From contig LDXR01000009.1 of assembly GCA_001443495.1 (NCBI GenBank), positions 28,875-92,874 on the forward strand: 64,000 nucleotides of DNA. The letters are read 5' to 3'. This document shows, one piece after another, positions 54,546 to 64,000 of this stretch. The stretch comes from a candidate division NC10 bacterium CSP1-5 (lineage in GTDB: Bacteria; Methylomirabilota; Methylomirabilia; Methylomirabilales; CSP1-5). The position numbers and the translations under genes are program-made. The notes beneath the pieces were generated by a model. That model did not search any database and had not been told where the DNA came from. It saw nothing but the letters and a program-made list of their open reading frames with translations. Position 1 is the first letter of the stretch, and every line of letters begins with the position of its first letter.

Positions 54546-55571
54546 TTACACCACCCCCTCGTACCGCATCCCAGCGAGCTTGCGCAACCGGCCGAAATTG
54601 TGCCGTGCCTCGACCCAGCGCACAGTCCCCGAAACCGAACGCATGGCCAAGGAATGGGTCTGGGCTCCTCCCGGAAAATATCGGACGCCCCGCACAACCT
54701 CTCCATCGGTGATCCCGGTGACGGCCACAAAGACGTTTTCTCCCGAGCAGAGGTCATCGAGTGCGAGAACTTTGTCCAGGTCATGACCCTCGGCGTGAGC
54801 CTTCTCGCGGTCTTTCTCGTCCTTTGCCCAGAGCCGTCCCTGCATGTCGCCTCCCAGGCACTTGACAGTACAGGCAGTGATCACCCCCTCGGGCGTCCCC
54901 CCGATCCCCATGAGGACATCAACCCCTCTGTCCTGCACCAACGTAGCGAGGAGGCCCGCCGTGACATCCCCGTCGGTGATGAGCCTGAGTTTTGCTCCAA
55001 TCTTTTCGACATCCTCGACCATCGCCGCGTTGCGCGGACGGTCAAGGGCAATCACGGTGAGCTCCCGGACCTCACGCCCTTTGGCCTTCGCGATGGCATG
55101 AAGGTTTTCACGCACGGGGGCGTTGAGGTCGATCACGCCCCGCGCCTGGGGACCGACTACGATCTTGTCCATGTAGGCGAGGTGGCTGGTAAAGAGGCTC
55201 CCTCGATCGGCCAGCGCCACGACCGAGACTGAGCCTGGCCTCCCCACCGACAGCATGGTGGTCCCATCAATGGGGTCCACGGCGATGTCCACGAGAGGCG
55301 GAGACCCGGTGCCGATCCGTTCGCCGATGTACAACATCGGCGCCTCGTCTTTCTCTCCTTCGCCGATGACCACCTCTCCATTCATGGGAACGGTGCTCAG
55401 GGCGAACCGCATCGCGTCCACCGCCGCCTGGTCCGCCGCTTCCTTCTTCCGGCGGCCGGCGAACGGGGCGGCCGCCATGGCCGCGGCCTCGGTTACCCGC
55501 ACCAGATCCATGGCTAGGTTGCGGTCCATCGGCTTCGTTTCTTCCCCGCGCTTCACCATCCTCGATCTCAC
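54546..55571 (-). CDS. glpX: Class II fructose-/sedoheptulose-bisphosphatase
   Basis: [43 protein letters not shown]; start may be ATG 55529. Confidence 0.96.
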   Translation of the reverse strand: MRSRMVKRGEETKPMDRNLAMDLVRVTEAAAMAAAPFAGRRKKEAADQAAVDAMRFALSTVPMNGEVVIGEGEKDEAPMLYIGERIGTGSPPLVDIAVDPIDGTTMLSVGRPGSVSVVALADRGSLFTSHLAYMDKIVVGPQARGVIDLNAPVRENLHAIAKAKGREVRELTVIALDRPRNAAMVEDVEKIGAKLRLITDGDVTAGLLATLVQDRGVDVLMGIGGTPEGVITACTVKCLGGDMQGRLWAKDEKDREKAHAEGHDLDKVLALDDLCSGENVFVAVTGITDGEVVRGVRYFPGGAQTHSLAMRSVSGTVRWVEARHNFGRLRKLAGMRYEGVV

Positions 55572-57649
55572 TCCCTTTCGATCCTTCCCTTTCCGTGAGC
55601 TGGACGCCCCAGGACCCGAAGTGCAGCCGCCGCCACCGCCTCGGCGGTGAGCCCAAGATTCTCAAAGATGGCCTTATAGGGGGCCGAGGCGCCAAAGCGA
55701 TCCAGCCCCACGACCGTTCCGTAAGCTCCGACGTAGCGTTCCCAACCGAAGGTAGCTGCCGCTTCGACCGCGACCCGGGCCCCCACCCCCGGAGGCAGCA
55801 CCGCCTCCTGGTATTCAGCCGGTTGACGCTCGAACAGATCGGTGGAGGGCAGGCTCACCACGCGCGCCGCCACCCCTTGCTGGGCCAGGAGCTTCTGGGC
55901 AGCGAGAGCGAGGTGGACCTCGGAGCCAGTCCCGATAAGGATAACATCAGGCCTCTCCACATCAGCCAAGACGTAACCCCCTTTGGCCACCCCTCTTGCC
56001 GGGGCAAGGACCGAGCGGTCCACCACCGGCACCGCCTGGCGGGTGAGCAGCAAAGCCGTCGGCCCGTCCCGGCGAGAGAGCGCGACGCGCCAGGCCTCGA
56101 CGGTCTCCGTGGCATCGGCGGGGCGAATGGCGACCAGGTTGGGCATGGCCCGCAGGCTGGCCAGGTGCTCCACCGGCTGGTGTGTCGGTCCATCTTCCCC
56201 GAGACCTATGCTATCGTGGGTGAAGACAAAGATCACCGGCTGGTGCATCAGCGCCGCCAGCCGAATGGAGGGGCGCATGTAGTCACTGAAGATCAGAAAG
56301 GTCCCCCCGTACGGGAAGAGACCTCCGTGCAGCGCCAGGCCATTGAGAATGCCGCCCATGGCGTGCTCCCGCACGCCGAAGTGGATGTAGCGCCCGGAGA
56401 AGTCCCCGCGCTTTACCGCCTCCTCCCCTTTGGGGAGGGTATTGTTGGAGCCGGTGAGATCACCCGAACCGCCGATCAGTGTCGGGATCCGCGGGGCCAG
56501 GGTGTCGAGCAGCTTCCCGGAGGCCGCACGAGTTGCCAGCGGCTTGTCCGTCGGAAAGTGTGGAAGATCCGTGTCCCACCCTTCGGGGAGCTCGCGGGCC
56601 AGGGCCGCTCGGAACTGGGCGGCCAGCTCGGGATGCTCCTGCGCGTAGCGGGCCAGGGTCTTTCTCCACTCGTCCTCTTGTACCGCCCCCTTGTTCGCGC
56701 ATTCGCGAAACCGAGCCACGACCTCCTCAGGGATGTAAAACTTCGCCTCGGGGGACCAGCCATAACGCTCCTTGGTGAGGCGGACCTCCTCCTCTCCGAG
56801 GGGCTCCCCATGAGCTTTGGCCGTATCTTGGCGATTCGGGCTTCCGTAGCCGATGTGCGTGCGCGCCACGATCAGGGAGGGCCGCGTCGTCTCTGCCCTG
56901 GCGGCGTGCAGGGCTGCCTCCACAGCAACCATATCGTGGCCATCGATCGCCTGCACGTGCCATCCGTAAGCCACAAACCGCGCAGCCACATCTTCGGTGA
57001 AGGCAAGCGAGGTCGGCCCGTCGATGGAAATGCCATTGGCATCATATAGGTAAATTAGCTTTCCCAAACCGAGGTGGCCCGCCAATGACGCGGCCTCGTG
57101 GGAAATCCCCTCCATGTGGTCGCCGTCACTCACGATGGCGTAGGTGTAATGATCGACCACCGCGTAGCCGGGGCGATTGAACCGGGCGGCCAGGTGTGCC
57201 TCGGCCAGCGCCATCCCGACCCCATTCGCAAAGCCCTGGCCCAGGGGGCCGGTCGTCGTCTCTACGCCCGGCGTCAGGCCGTACTCGGAATGGCCAGGTG
57301 TCCGGCTCCCCCACTGGCGAAAGCGTTTGATCTCTTCGAGCGAGAGGTCGTAGCCCGACAAGTACAGCAGGCCGTACAGGAGCATACAGCCGTGCCCAGC
57401 CGACAGGACAAACCGGTCACGATCCGGCCAGGCCGGGTTGACCGGGTTGTGCTTGAGGAATCGCGTGCATAGGACATAAGCCATGTCGGCCGCACCCATA
57501 GGGAGACCCGGGTGACCGGAGTTGGCCTGCTGGACCGCGTCCATGGCCAGGGTGCGAAGGGTCGTCACGGAGAGGCGGTCCAGCTCGTCGTAGCGGCCCG
57601 CAGGGGGTAGCTCGAAACGGACGGCCCCGGCCTTGGTCGGAGTCTTCAT
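55568..57649 (-). CDS. tkt: Transketolase
   Basis: [44 protein letters not shown]. Confidence 0.98.
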   Translation of the reverse strand: MKTPTKAGAVRFELPPAGRYDELDRLSVTTLRTLAMDAVQQANSGHPGLPMGAADMAYVLCTRFLKHNPVNPAWPDRDRFVLSAGHGCMLLYGLLYLSGYDLSLEEIKRFRQWGSRTPGHSEYGLTPGVETTTGPLGQGFANGVGMALAEAHLAARFNRPGYAVVDHYTYAIVSDGDHMEGISHEAASLAGHLGLGKLIYLYDANGISIDGPTSLAFTEDVAARFVAYGWHVQAIDGHDMVAVEAALHAARAETTRPSLIVARTHIGYGSPNRQDTAKAHGEPLGEEEVRLTKERYGWSPEAKFYIPEEVVARFRECANKGAVQEDEWRKTLARYAQEHPELAAQFRAALARELPEGWDTDLPHFPTDKPLATRAASGKLLDTLAPRIPTLIGGSGDLTGSNNTLPKGEEAVKRGDFSGRYIHFGVREHAMGGILNGLALHGGLFPYGGTFLIFSDYMRPSIRLAALMHQPVIFVFTHDSIGLGEDGPTHQPVEHLASLRAMPNLVAIRPADATETVEAWRVALSRRDGPTALLLTRQAVPVVDRSVLAPARGVAKGGYVLADVERPDVILIGTGSEVHLALAAQKLLAQQGVAARVVSLPSTDLFERQPAEYQEAVLPPGVGARVAVEAAATFGWERYVGAYGTVVGLDRFGASAPYKAIFENLGLTAEAVAAAALRVLGRPAHGKGRIERE

Positions 57650-57691
57650 CGATTCCTCCCCTTTGTGACGCGCCTGCAGATTTCATCCACG

Positions 57692-58717
57692 CTACGCCGC
57701 CTCTTTTTCCATTTCTTCACTGTAGCTACCCACTGACGCAGCCCCGTTGAGCTTGGCTCGATGGCACAGGAGCTTCTGTGCCGCGGCCACATTCTCGCTC
57801 TTGCCCAACCAGGTCTCCATGGCCGACTGCTGAAGGGCTCGGGCATAGGAGAAGGTCAACGGCCACGGCAAACCCCTGTGCATCGCGTTCATGGCGTTGA
57901 GATGCGCGGTAGCCAGTTCACTGCTCTGGCCACCGGACAGGAACGCCACACCGGCGAGATTTTCGGGGAGGTTCTTGAGCAGGCATTCCACGGTCTTCTC
58001 TGCCACTTCCTTGACGCGAGCCTGCTTGGGACAGTCGAGTCCGGAGATGACCATGCTTGACTTGAGGACCATCCCTTCCATGAGGACGCGCTGCTCCTTG
58101 AGTTCGGCGAACACCGCCCGGAGCGTCTCGGAAGTCACTTCGTGGCAGCGGTCGATCGTGTGATCGCCGTCGATCAATACCTCGGGCTCGACAATCGGTA
58201 CGATGCCGGCCTCCTGGCATAACGCGGCGTAGCGCGCCAGGGCATGGGCGTTCGCGTGAATACAACCCCTGCTCGGGATCTGGTTTCCGATGGTAATGAC
58301 AGCACGCCACTTGGCGAATCGTGCGCCCATGCCTTTGTACTCCGTCAGGCGTTCACGCAGGCCGTCCAAACCTTCGGTGACCTTTTCTCCGGGAAAGCCA
58401 GCCAAATCCTTGGCCCCCGTGTCCACCTTGATGCCCGGTATGATGCCGCACTGCCCCATGTATGGCGGGAAGGGAATGCCGTCTGAGGTCGATTGCCGGA
58501 TTGTTTCGTCGTACAGGATCGCGCCGCTGATGTAATCGGCGAGCCGAGGTGTGGTGAGTAGCAATGCACGCCAGGCGCGACGATTGTCTACAGTATTTTC
58601 AATGCCCAGTTTCTTGAATCGTCTGCCGCAAGTAGGGTTGCTCTCGTCCATCGCCAGGATACCCTTTCCCTTGGCGACCATTGCTTTGGCTGTGGCTTGA
58701 AGTTCTTGGGAAGTCAT
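57692..58717 (-). CDS. Class I fructose-bisphosphate aldolase
   Basis: KGILAMDES, GIKVD, FAKWR, PIVEPEV, FLSGGQ, FSYARALQ. Confidence 0.96.
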   Translation of the reverse strand: MTSQELQATAKAMVAKGKGILAMDESNPTCGRRFKKLGIENTVDNRRAWRALLLTTPRLADYISGAILYDETIRQSTSDGIPFPPYMGQCGIIPGIKVDTGAKDLAGFPGEKVTEGLDGLRERLTEYKGMGARFAKWRAVITIGNQIPSRGCIHANAHALARYAALCQEAGIVPIVEPEVLIDGDHTIDRCHEVTSETLRAVFAELKEQRVLMEGMVLKSSMVISGLDCPKQARVKEVAEKTVECLLKNLPENLAGVAFLSGGQSSELATAHLNAMNAMHRGLPWPLTFSYARALQQSAMETWLGKSENVAAAQKLLCHRAKLNGAASVGSYSEEMEKEAA

Positions 58718-58841
58718 TTCCTTACCCTCCTTACGCTCCGGGATCTATACCCGAGCCGTCTGTTTCACTTGATGACTCCATTGTTCTTCGCTCTTCGGTC
58801 ATGGCCGTGGTGGACTGTGACCGCTTTGTCCCCCATGACGG

Positions 58842-59765
58842 TCACACCAATATGCGCGCGGCGCCGAAGGCATGTGCGAAATCGAGGTAGACGGGCTTCT
58901 CTGTGTCCAGCATCGAATGGAGTAGGGCCTGTTGTGTCTTGACCTTGACATTGCCGATGGTCAATGCGCCGATCCCCACCGCCCTTTTCGCGGCTGTTGC
59001 GTATTTCAATGGAGCGCCATTGTCCTTTGGATCGATGCCCTCAATGCCGGCGGGCGGAACGGTGTTGACATCGGCAGCGACCTTCAGTTCCTGCGCGTCC
59101 TCGAGCACGGAGGCGTCAAGGACCAGTACTCCCGCCTTGGCGGTGGAGATAATGACGTCCGCTTTGGAAACCAGCCGCGCTTTATCCGCGTCGGAGCACG
59201 CATACGTCCCGCGTATCGACGTGCCGCAACGCCGGTTGTATTCCTTGGCCTTCGCCTCGGCCACCTCCACGGAGAGGTAATCGACAATGGCGGTCTTGGC
59301 TCCCGCCAGGGACGCGATCACGCCGGTGGCAATGCCGACGGGTCCGGTGCCGCCAAAGATAACCACCCGCGCCCCCGCCAACTCCATCTGGTGACGCTTT
59401 TTCAGTTGATGCTCCACGCAGGCGACGAGTCCGGCGGCGGTGGTAAATGCGCCGCTGGGATCAGCGAAGATGGACACTTTAAAGGGTGGAACCATGGCCT
59501 TCTTGGCCGCCTCGATCGTGTCCATGGCGATACCAGCATCCCGTCCGCCAACGAAGATGGCGCTTCGTCTCACGTCCTTGGGATTGCGGCAGAAGATAAT
59601 GTCCTGTACGAGGCTGGGCACTTGCTCCGGGGTCACGTTCGGGTACGGGACCACCGCCTGGAATCCCGCATCGTAGGCCATGGTAATGTCAAACGGGCTG
59701 ACGTGAGCTAGGGGACTGAACATGTGCAGGATGCTCTGTACGTTTTTTGTGAATCGATCACTCAC
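58842..59765 (-). CDS. mtdB: NAD(P)-dependent methylene-tetrahydromethanopterin dehydrogenase (MtdB-like)
   Basis: ILHMFSP..SPFD..MAYDAG, MVPPF..ADPSGAFTTAA, GGTGPVG, DVNTVPPAG, GALTIGNVK; GTGA overlap with the CBS gene. Confidence 0.85.
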   Translation of the reverse strand: MSDRFTKNVQSILHMFSPLAHVSPFDITMAYDAGFQAVVPYPNVTPEQVPSLVQDIIFCRNPKDVRRSAIFVGGRDAGIAMDTIEAAKKAMVPPFKVSIFADPSGAFTTAAGLVACVEHQLKKRHQMELAGARVVIFGGTGPVGIATGVIASLAGAKTAIVDYLSVEVAEAKAKEYNRRCGTSIRGTYACSDADKARLVSKADVIISTAKAGVLVLDASVLEDAQELKVAADVNTVPPAGIEGIDPKDNGAPLKYATAAKRAVGIGALTIGNVKVKTQQALLHSMLDTEKPVYLDFAHAFGAARILV

Positions 59766-60256
59766 TTGGTCTTCCCTCCCCCACCGGCTTGCCGCCCTGC
59801 TCGCACCGGCGGCCACTGCTCGGTTTCGAAGATGGCCCGGTACACGTCCCCGTGACTCACAATCCCCACCAGCTTCTTGCCCACGATAATTGGGACGCGT
59901 CGGATCTTATGTAATGCCATGAGCGATGCGAGTCGCAGCGGTTCGGTCTCAGGCGTCGCGGTCACGATGTGCCGAGCCATGACGTCTCGGGCCCGGATCT
60001 TACTGATATCCCGTAACCCCTGCGAGGACGACCGACGAGGTTTCTTGCCTCGGAGGCCCGCGGCCCCGGGGTGCATCGCTTCGAGGATATCCCGTTCTGA
60101 GACAAGGCCCATCAGATGACCGCTCTTGTCGACCACTGGCACCCCGCTGATGCGATGGGTACAGAGCAGGGCGATGACGCGAGTCAGGGGATCGTCGGGT
60201 TTTACCGTGTAGACTGGGGTGGTCATGATGTCGCCCGCCGTAATGTCTCTCAGCAT
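59762..60256 (-). CDS. Stand-alone tandem CBS-domain protein
   Basis: DIMT..ISGVPVVD..GLVSERDI and DVMA..IRRVPI..VGIVSHGDV. Confidence 0.9.
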   Translation of the reverse strand: MLRDITAGDIMTTPVYTVKPDDPLTRVIALLCTHRISGVPVVDKSGHLMGLVSERDILEAMHPGAAGLRGKKPRRSSSQGLRDISKIRARDVMARHIVTATPETEPLRLASLMALHKIRRVPIIVGKKLVGIVSHGDVYRAIFETEQWPPVRAGRQAGGGGKTK

Positions 60257-60356
60257 CAGGGTCCCGCACGCTGATGGGCCCTATATGGAGATCGTCGGGC
60301 CGGAATCTGCTGGCAGAGGCGACCGCCAGGCTCGACTTTGGGCCTGGATCCACCGG

Positions 60357-60435
60357 TTGACATAGTAATTACATCCTGTTAATGTATTTGTCAAATTCAT
60401 TATTTATATGGATACTATGCTTAAATGTAATCACA
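60357..60435. promoter_or_regulatory. Divergent cbbR/cbb control region
   Basis: AT-rich tract; inverted TTGACA(60357-60362)..TGTCAA(60389-60394); LysR-type T-N11-A motifs. Confidence 0.6.
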
Positions 60436-60469
60436 CTTTCCGACTTCAGACCGCGCAAGATACCCCAAG

Positions 60470-61414
60470 ATGGCGGCAAATATGAATCTCGCGCACCTCA
60501 AGGCCTTTTTGGCTGTGGCGCAGCACCGGAGCTTCTCTCGGGCGGCAGAGAAGCTCTATCTTACGCAGCCTGCCGTTTCGAGGCAGATCCAGGCCCTCGA
60601 GGAGCTGCTCGGAGTGCGGCTGTTTGACCGTGTGGGCCGATCCATACTCCTCACGGAGGTGGGGAATATTCTCCGTCACTATGCCCATATGGCCTTGCAA
60701 ACCCTCGAGGAGGGGCGAGAGACCATTCATCAATTGCGCGGGCTCCAGAAAGGCCATCTGCGGATCAGCGCCGCGAGCACCATTGGGACGTACATGCTTC
60801 CCCAGCCCCTGGGCGAGTTTAAAGCCAGCTCTCCCAATATAGAAATCAGCCTCGCGATCACAAATAAGGCCCGCGTCGTCCAACAGGTCTTGAATCATGA
60901 AGTAGAACTCGGGTTTGTAGGACCGCCGGTAGAACCGGCCGAACTCGAAAGGGAAGAATATCTTTTGGATGAGCTTGTCCTCATTGTCGCCCCGACTCAC
61001 CGGCTGGCGCACGAAGAGTCGGTCAAAGTCGCGGAGCTAGGGGAGGAGGTCTTCATCCTCCGCGAGCAGGGTTCGGGAACGCGAGAAATCATGGAGGAGG
61101 AGCTGGCCCGGGTTCGTGTCAGCCTGAAGAAGGCGATGGAGCTGGGGAGCACGGAGGCGATCAAACAGGCGGTGGCGGCGAACTTAGGTGTTTCAATTGT
61201 CTCGAAATTCGCCATCACCCTCGAGATCCTTCAGGGCCGTCTGGCGGTGGTCAAGCTCCCGGAACTCAATCTCCTCCGCCAGCTCTTCATGGTTTACCAC
61301 CGGGGGCGAACGTTAAGCCCCGCTGCTCAGGAATTTTGTTCGCTGCTCAGGCGATCCAAGGCCGGGAAACCCAAGACCACCTCGCCTCAGGATATACGGG
61401 CTAAGCCGTCATAA
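60470..61414 (+). CDS. cbbR: LysR-family regulator, probably CbbR
   Basis: SFSRAAEKLYLTQPAVSRQI HTH, REQGSGTR, STEAIKQAV; divergent from the cbb operon. Confidence 0.8.
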   Translation: MAANMNLAHLKAFLAVAQHRSFSRAAEKLYLTQPAVSRQIQALEELLGVRLFDRVGRSILLTEVGNILRHYAHMALQTLEEGRETIHQLRGLQKGHLRISAASTIGTYMLPQPLGEFKASSPNIEISLAITNKARVVQQVLNHEVELGFVGPPVEPAELEREEYLLDELVLIVAPTHRLAHEESVKVAELGEEVFILREQGSGTREIMEEELARVRVSLKKAMELGSTEAIKQAVAANLGVSIVSKFAITLEILQGRLAVVKLPELNLLRQLFMVYHRGRTLSPAAQEFCSLLRRSKAGKPKTTSPQDIRAKPS

Positions 61415-62447
61415 TCTGCCGCATGATCGTCAGGGCCTGCTCCACATCCCTCCGCGATACATCCTTGTGGGTGAGACACCGAATCGACTCGGCGGAAATC
61501 TGATGGACGAGGACTCGCTCCTCCCGGAGTCTTCGGCTGAGCGTCGAGGCGGTGATCCTGGGGTGCCGGACAGCGAAAATCACGATGTTCGTCTGCACAC
61601 GCTTCAGGTCGATCTCGATCCCCTCGATGCCACTGAGACCTTCGGCCAGGAGCCTGGCGTTGTCGTGATCTTCCCCTAATCGATTTACCATCGTCTCGAG
61701 GGCGACGATCCCGGCGGCGGCAATCACCCCTGCCTGGCGCATCCCACCTCCAAGGAGCTTCCGAAGTCGCCTGGCGCGGTCTATGAAGGCATCGCGTCCA
61801 ACCAGTAGGGAGCCAACGGGGGCGGCGAGGCTCTTGGACAGGCAGAACATCACCGAATCGGTCCATCGGGCGAATGCCGGCGCCGGAACCCCCATCGCGA
61901 CGGACGCGTTAAAGATCCGGGCCCCATCGAGATGGACGGCTACGCCGGCGTCATGAGCCAGCTCACAGATCTCCTGCAGGAGCGGCGGCGGATAGATCGT
62001 TCCCCCTCCCCGATTGGTCGGACTCTCGACGCAGATGAGAGCGGTGCGGGCGGTGTGGAGGCTTTCCGGCCGGATCGCCTTGCGGATTTCCTGGGGGTCG
62101 AGGATACCATGCGTTCCCCTCAGAGTCCGGGTCAGGATCCCGGCGAGAAAGGCCGGTCCCCCGACCTCAAAACTATAGATGTGGCAATTTTCTTCGAGGA
62201 CAACCTCCTCTCCCCTGGCCGCATGAACCAACAGGGCAACCTGATTCCCCATGGTCCCGGAGGGCACGAAGAGAGCCGCCTCCTTGCCTAGGCGTTCTGC
62301 GGCCAGGGCCTCCAGGCGCCTGACGGTGGGATCCTCGCCATAGACATCATCTCCCACCACCGCGCCTCGCATCGCGTCCCGCATCGCCTCGGTGGGAGTG
62401 GTCACGGTATCACTTCTGAGATCGATGAAACGCTCGCCCCGATCCAT
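61401..62447 (-). CDS. ltaE: Low-specificity L-threonine aldolase
   Basis: DLRSDTVT, GDDVYGEDPT, SGTMGN, HLDGARIFNA, CLSK, GGGMRQAG. Confidence 0.95.
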   Translation of the reverse strand: MDRGERFIDLRSDTVTTPTEAMRDAMRGAVVGDDVYGEDPTVRRLEALAAERLGKEAALFVPSGTMGNQVALLVHAARGEEVVLEENCHIYSFEVGGPAFLAGILTRTLRGTHGILDPQEIRKAIRPESLHTARTALICVESPTNRGGGTIYPPPLLQEICELAHDAGVAVHLDGARIFNASVAMGVPAPAFARWTDSVMFCLSKSLAAPVGSLLVGRDAFIDRARRLRKLLGGGMRQAGVIAAAGIVALETMVNRLGEDHDNARLLAEGLSGIEGIEIDLKRVQTNIVIFAVRHPRITASTLSRRLREERVLVHQISAESIRCLTHKDVSRRDVEQALTIMRQIMTA

Positions 62448-64000
62448 CACCGTCCCTCCTTCTCCAGCCACACCATGCGCATCTGGACATTTCCGAGGGT
62501 CGGCGAGCTGTCCATCGCCGAGATCTGCTCCCGGAGGCCCTTGACCCGGGGCTGGATCAGGACATCGGTGCTGTAGTAATGCAAGAAGATCCAGGGGGCA
62601 TCCTCAACGATGATCTTCTCCGCTTCTCGGTAGAGTCGCGTGCGTTCCGCGGGGTCCAGGCCACCGTCGGCCCGGTCCAGGAGCGCATCCACACGGGGAT
62701 TGGCGTAGCGGGAGAGATTCCCCTTGGATCCCGTATTGCGGCTGTGAAAGAGAACGGTGAGGAAGTTCTCCGGATCGGGATAGTCTGCCAGCCATCCGAG
62801 CCGGAACAGCTGGACATCCCCCCTGTCCACCAGATTGAGATAGGCAGGCCAGTCCATTTCTCGCAGCTCGACCGTCACTTCGATCTCCCGAAGCATTCCC
62901 TGGACGAACTCGGCAATCTTTCGGTTGACCAGTCCGGTATTGTAATGAAGCGTCAGGGGCGGGAGGCCCTGGCCCTTCTCATGTCCTGCCTCGGCCAGGA
63001 GCCGCCGGGCGTGCGCCTTGTTGTAGGGGTACCCCTGCAGGTCCCGGTTATGCCCCACCATCCCCGGAGGAAGGATCGACCGAGCCGGCACGACTCGCTT
63101 CTCGAGAATAACGGCGGCGACGGCCTCCTTATCCACAATATAGTTGAAGGCCTGCCGCAGCTTTGGGTTTCCCCGGAAGGGCGGTCTCTCCAGATTGAAC
63201 TGAATGGCATTGATCCCCAGGGAGGGGCCGGAGAAGAGCATCCTGCTGAGCACGGGGTCATTCCGTACTATCTGAAAGAGGCCCGTGGGGATGTCGGTGT
63301 GCTCGAGATTTCCTGCCTTGAACTCCTGAAAACGTGTCATCTCATCCGGGATCACGCGAAAGACGATCCGATCCAGATACGGGGCACCCTGGAAGTAGTC
63401 CGGGTTGGCGTCCAAGACTACCCGATCGTCGTGCCGCCACTCGCGGAAGCGAAACGGCCCAGTCCCCATCGGGTGCGTGGAAAACTGCCGTCCCCACCGC
63501 GCCGTCTCCTCCCTGGGGACGACGCTGGCAGCCGGATAGGCCAAGAGCGCTAGGAAGGGGGCGAAGGGACGTTCGAGGGTGAGCTGGAGCTTGTGCGGCC
63601 CGAGGATCTCGATCCCCGTAACCCTGCGGGCCTTTCCTGCCATGAATTCCCGAGCCCCCTGCAGCTTCTCGAGGATCCAAGTTCGCTCCGACTGGGTTTC
63701 GGGATGGAGTAGACGCTCAAAGCTGTAGCGGAAGTCTTCGGCGGTCACGGACCGGCCGTTATGGAATCGAACCTTGGGCCGGAGATCGAAGGTGTAGGTC
63801 CGTCCGTCGCCGGAGACGATCCATCGCCTGGCAATGGCAGGCTGGACCTTCAGGTCTCGATCGAAGCTGACGAGCCCGTCATACAGTTCGGAAGCGACGG
63901 CGTGGGAGACGGTATCGGTAATATGGACAGGATCGAGCGACGGTGGGTCCGAGGGACCCAGGGTGTAGTGGTAGGTCCCTCCCCGGCGAGGGAGTATCCC
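62447..64000 (-). CDS. Peptide ABC transporter substrate-binding protein (DppA/OppA), 5' truncated by window
   Basis: FHNG..TAEDF.YS, GTGPF, W.ADYPDP; frame open to the window end; stop overlaps the ltaE ATG. Confidence 0.92.
   Translation of the reverse strand, partial: GILPRRGGTYHYTLGPSDPPSLDPVHITDTVSHAVASELYDGLVSFDRDLKVQPAIARRWIVSGDGRTYTFDLRPKVRFHNGRSVTAEDFRYSFERLLHPETQSERTWILEKLQGAREFMAGKARRVTGIEILGPHKLQLTLERPFAPFLALLAYPAASVVPREETARWGRQFSTHPMGTGPFRFREWRHDDRVVLDANPDYFQGAPYLDRIVFRVIPDEMTRFQEFKAGNLEHTDIPTGLFQIVRNDPVLSRMLFSGPSLGINAIQFNLERPPFRGNPKLRQAFNYIVDKEAVAAVILEKRVVPARSILPPGMVGHNRDLQGYPYNKAHARRLLAEAGHEKGQGLPPLTLHYNTGLVNRKIAEFVQGMLREIEVTVELREMDWPAYLNLVDRGDVQLFRLGWLADYPDPENFLTVLFHSRNTGSKGNLSRYANPRVDALLDRADGGLDPAERTRLYREAEKIIVEDAPWIFLHYYSTDVLIQPRVKGLREQISAMDSSPTLGNVQMRMVWLEKEGR

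Overview
GC-rich bacterial chromosome segment. Gene content and order (red-type form IC Calvin-cycle cluster containing mtdB; Deltaproteobacteria-like housekeeping synteny) suggest, by inference only, a Methylomirabilota (NC10)-like organism. Bases 1-36 kb are almost all + strand housekeeping genes (recA, pilT-like, alaS, psd-pssA, leuACD, asd, truA, leuS-lptE-holA, murJ, ilvB-like/ilvN/ilvC, miaA-aroA-cmk-plsC-rpsA-sppA-ihfB). Bases 36-64 kb are almost all - strand. The switch coincides with a 28-bp dif-like XerC/XerD site (36127-36154), so the window probably spans the replication terminus. Three tRNAs are present. Most notable: (1) a ~12-kb CbbR-headed carbon-fixation cluster splits a peptide ABC-transporter operon; it opens with a CBS-pair gene coupled to mtdB and carries an internally deleted rpe and an RbcL with Tyr at the His298 position; (2) an uncharacterised ThDP enzyme sits under a strong promoter directly before an IlvB with eroded active-site motifs; (3) an extra inverted XerD arm lies beside dif; (4) short tandem-repeat patches occur at gene ends, one where leuB normally lies. 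All calls come from motif recognition; no database searches were run.
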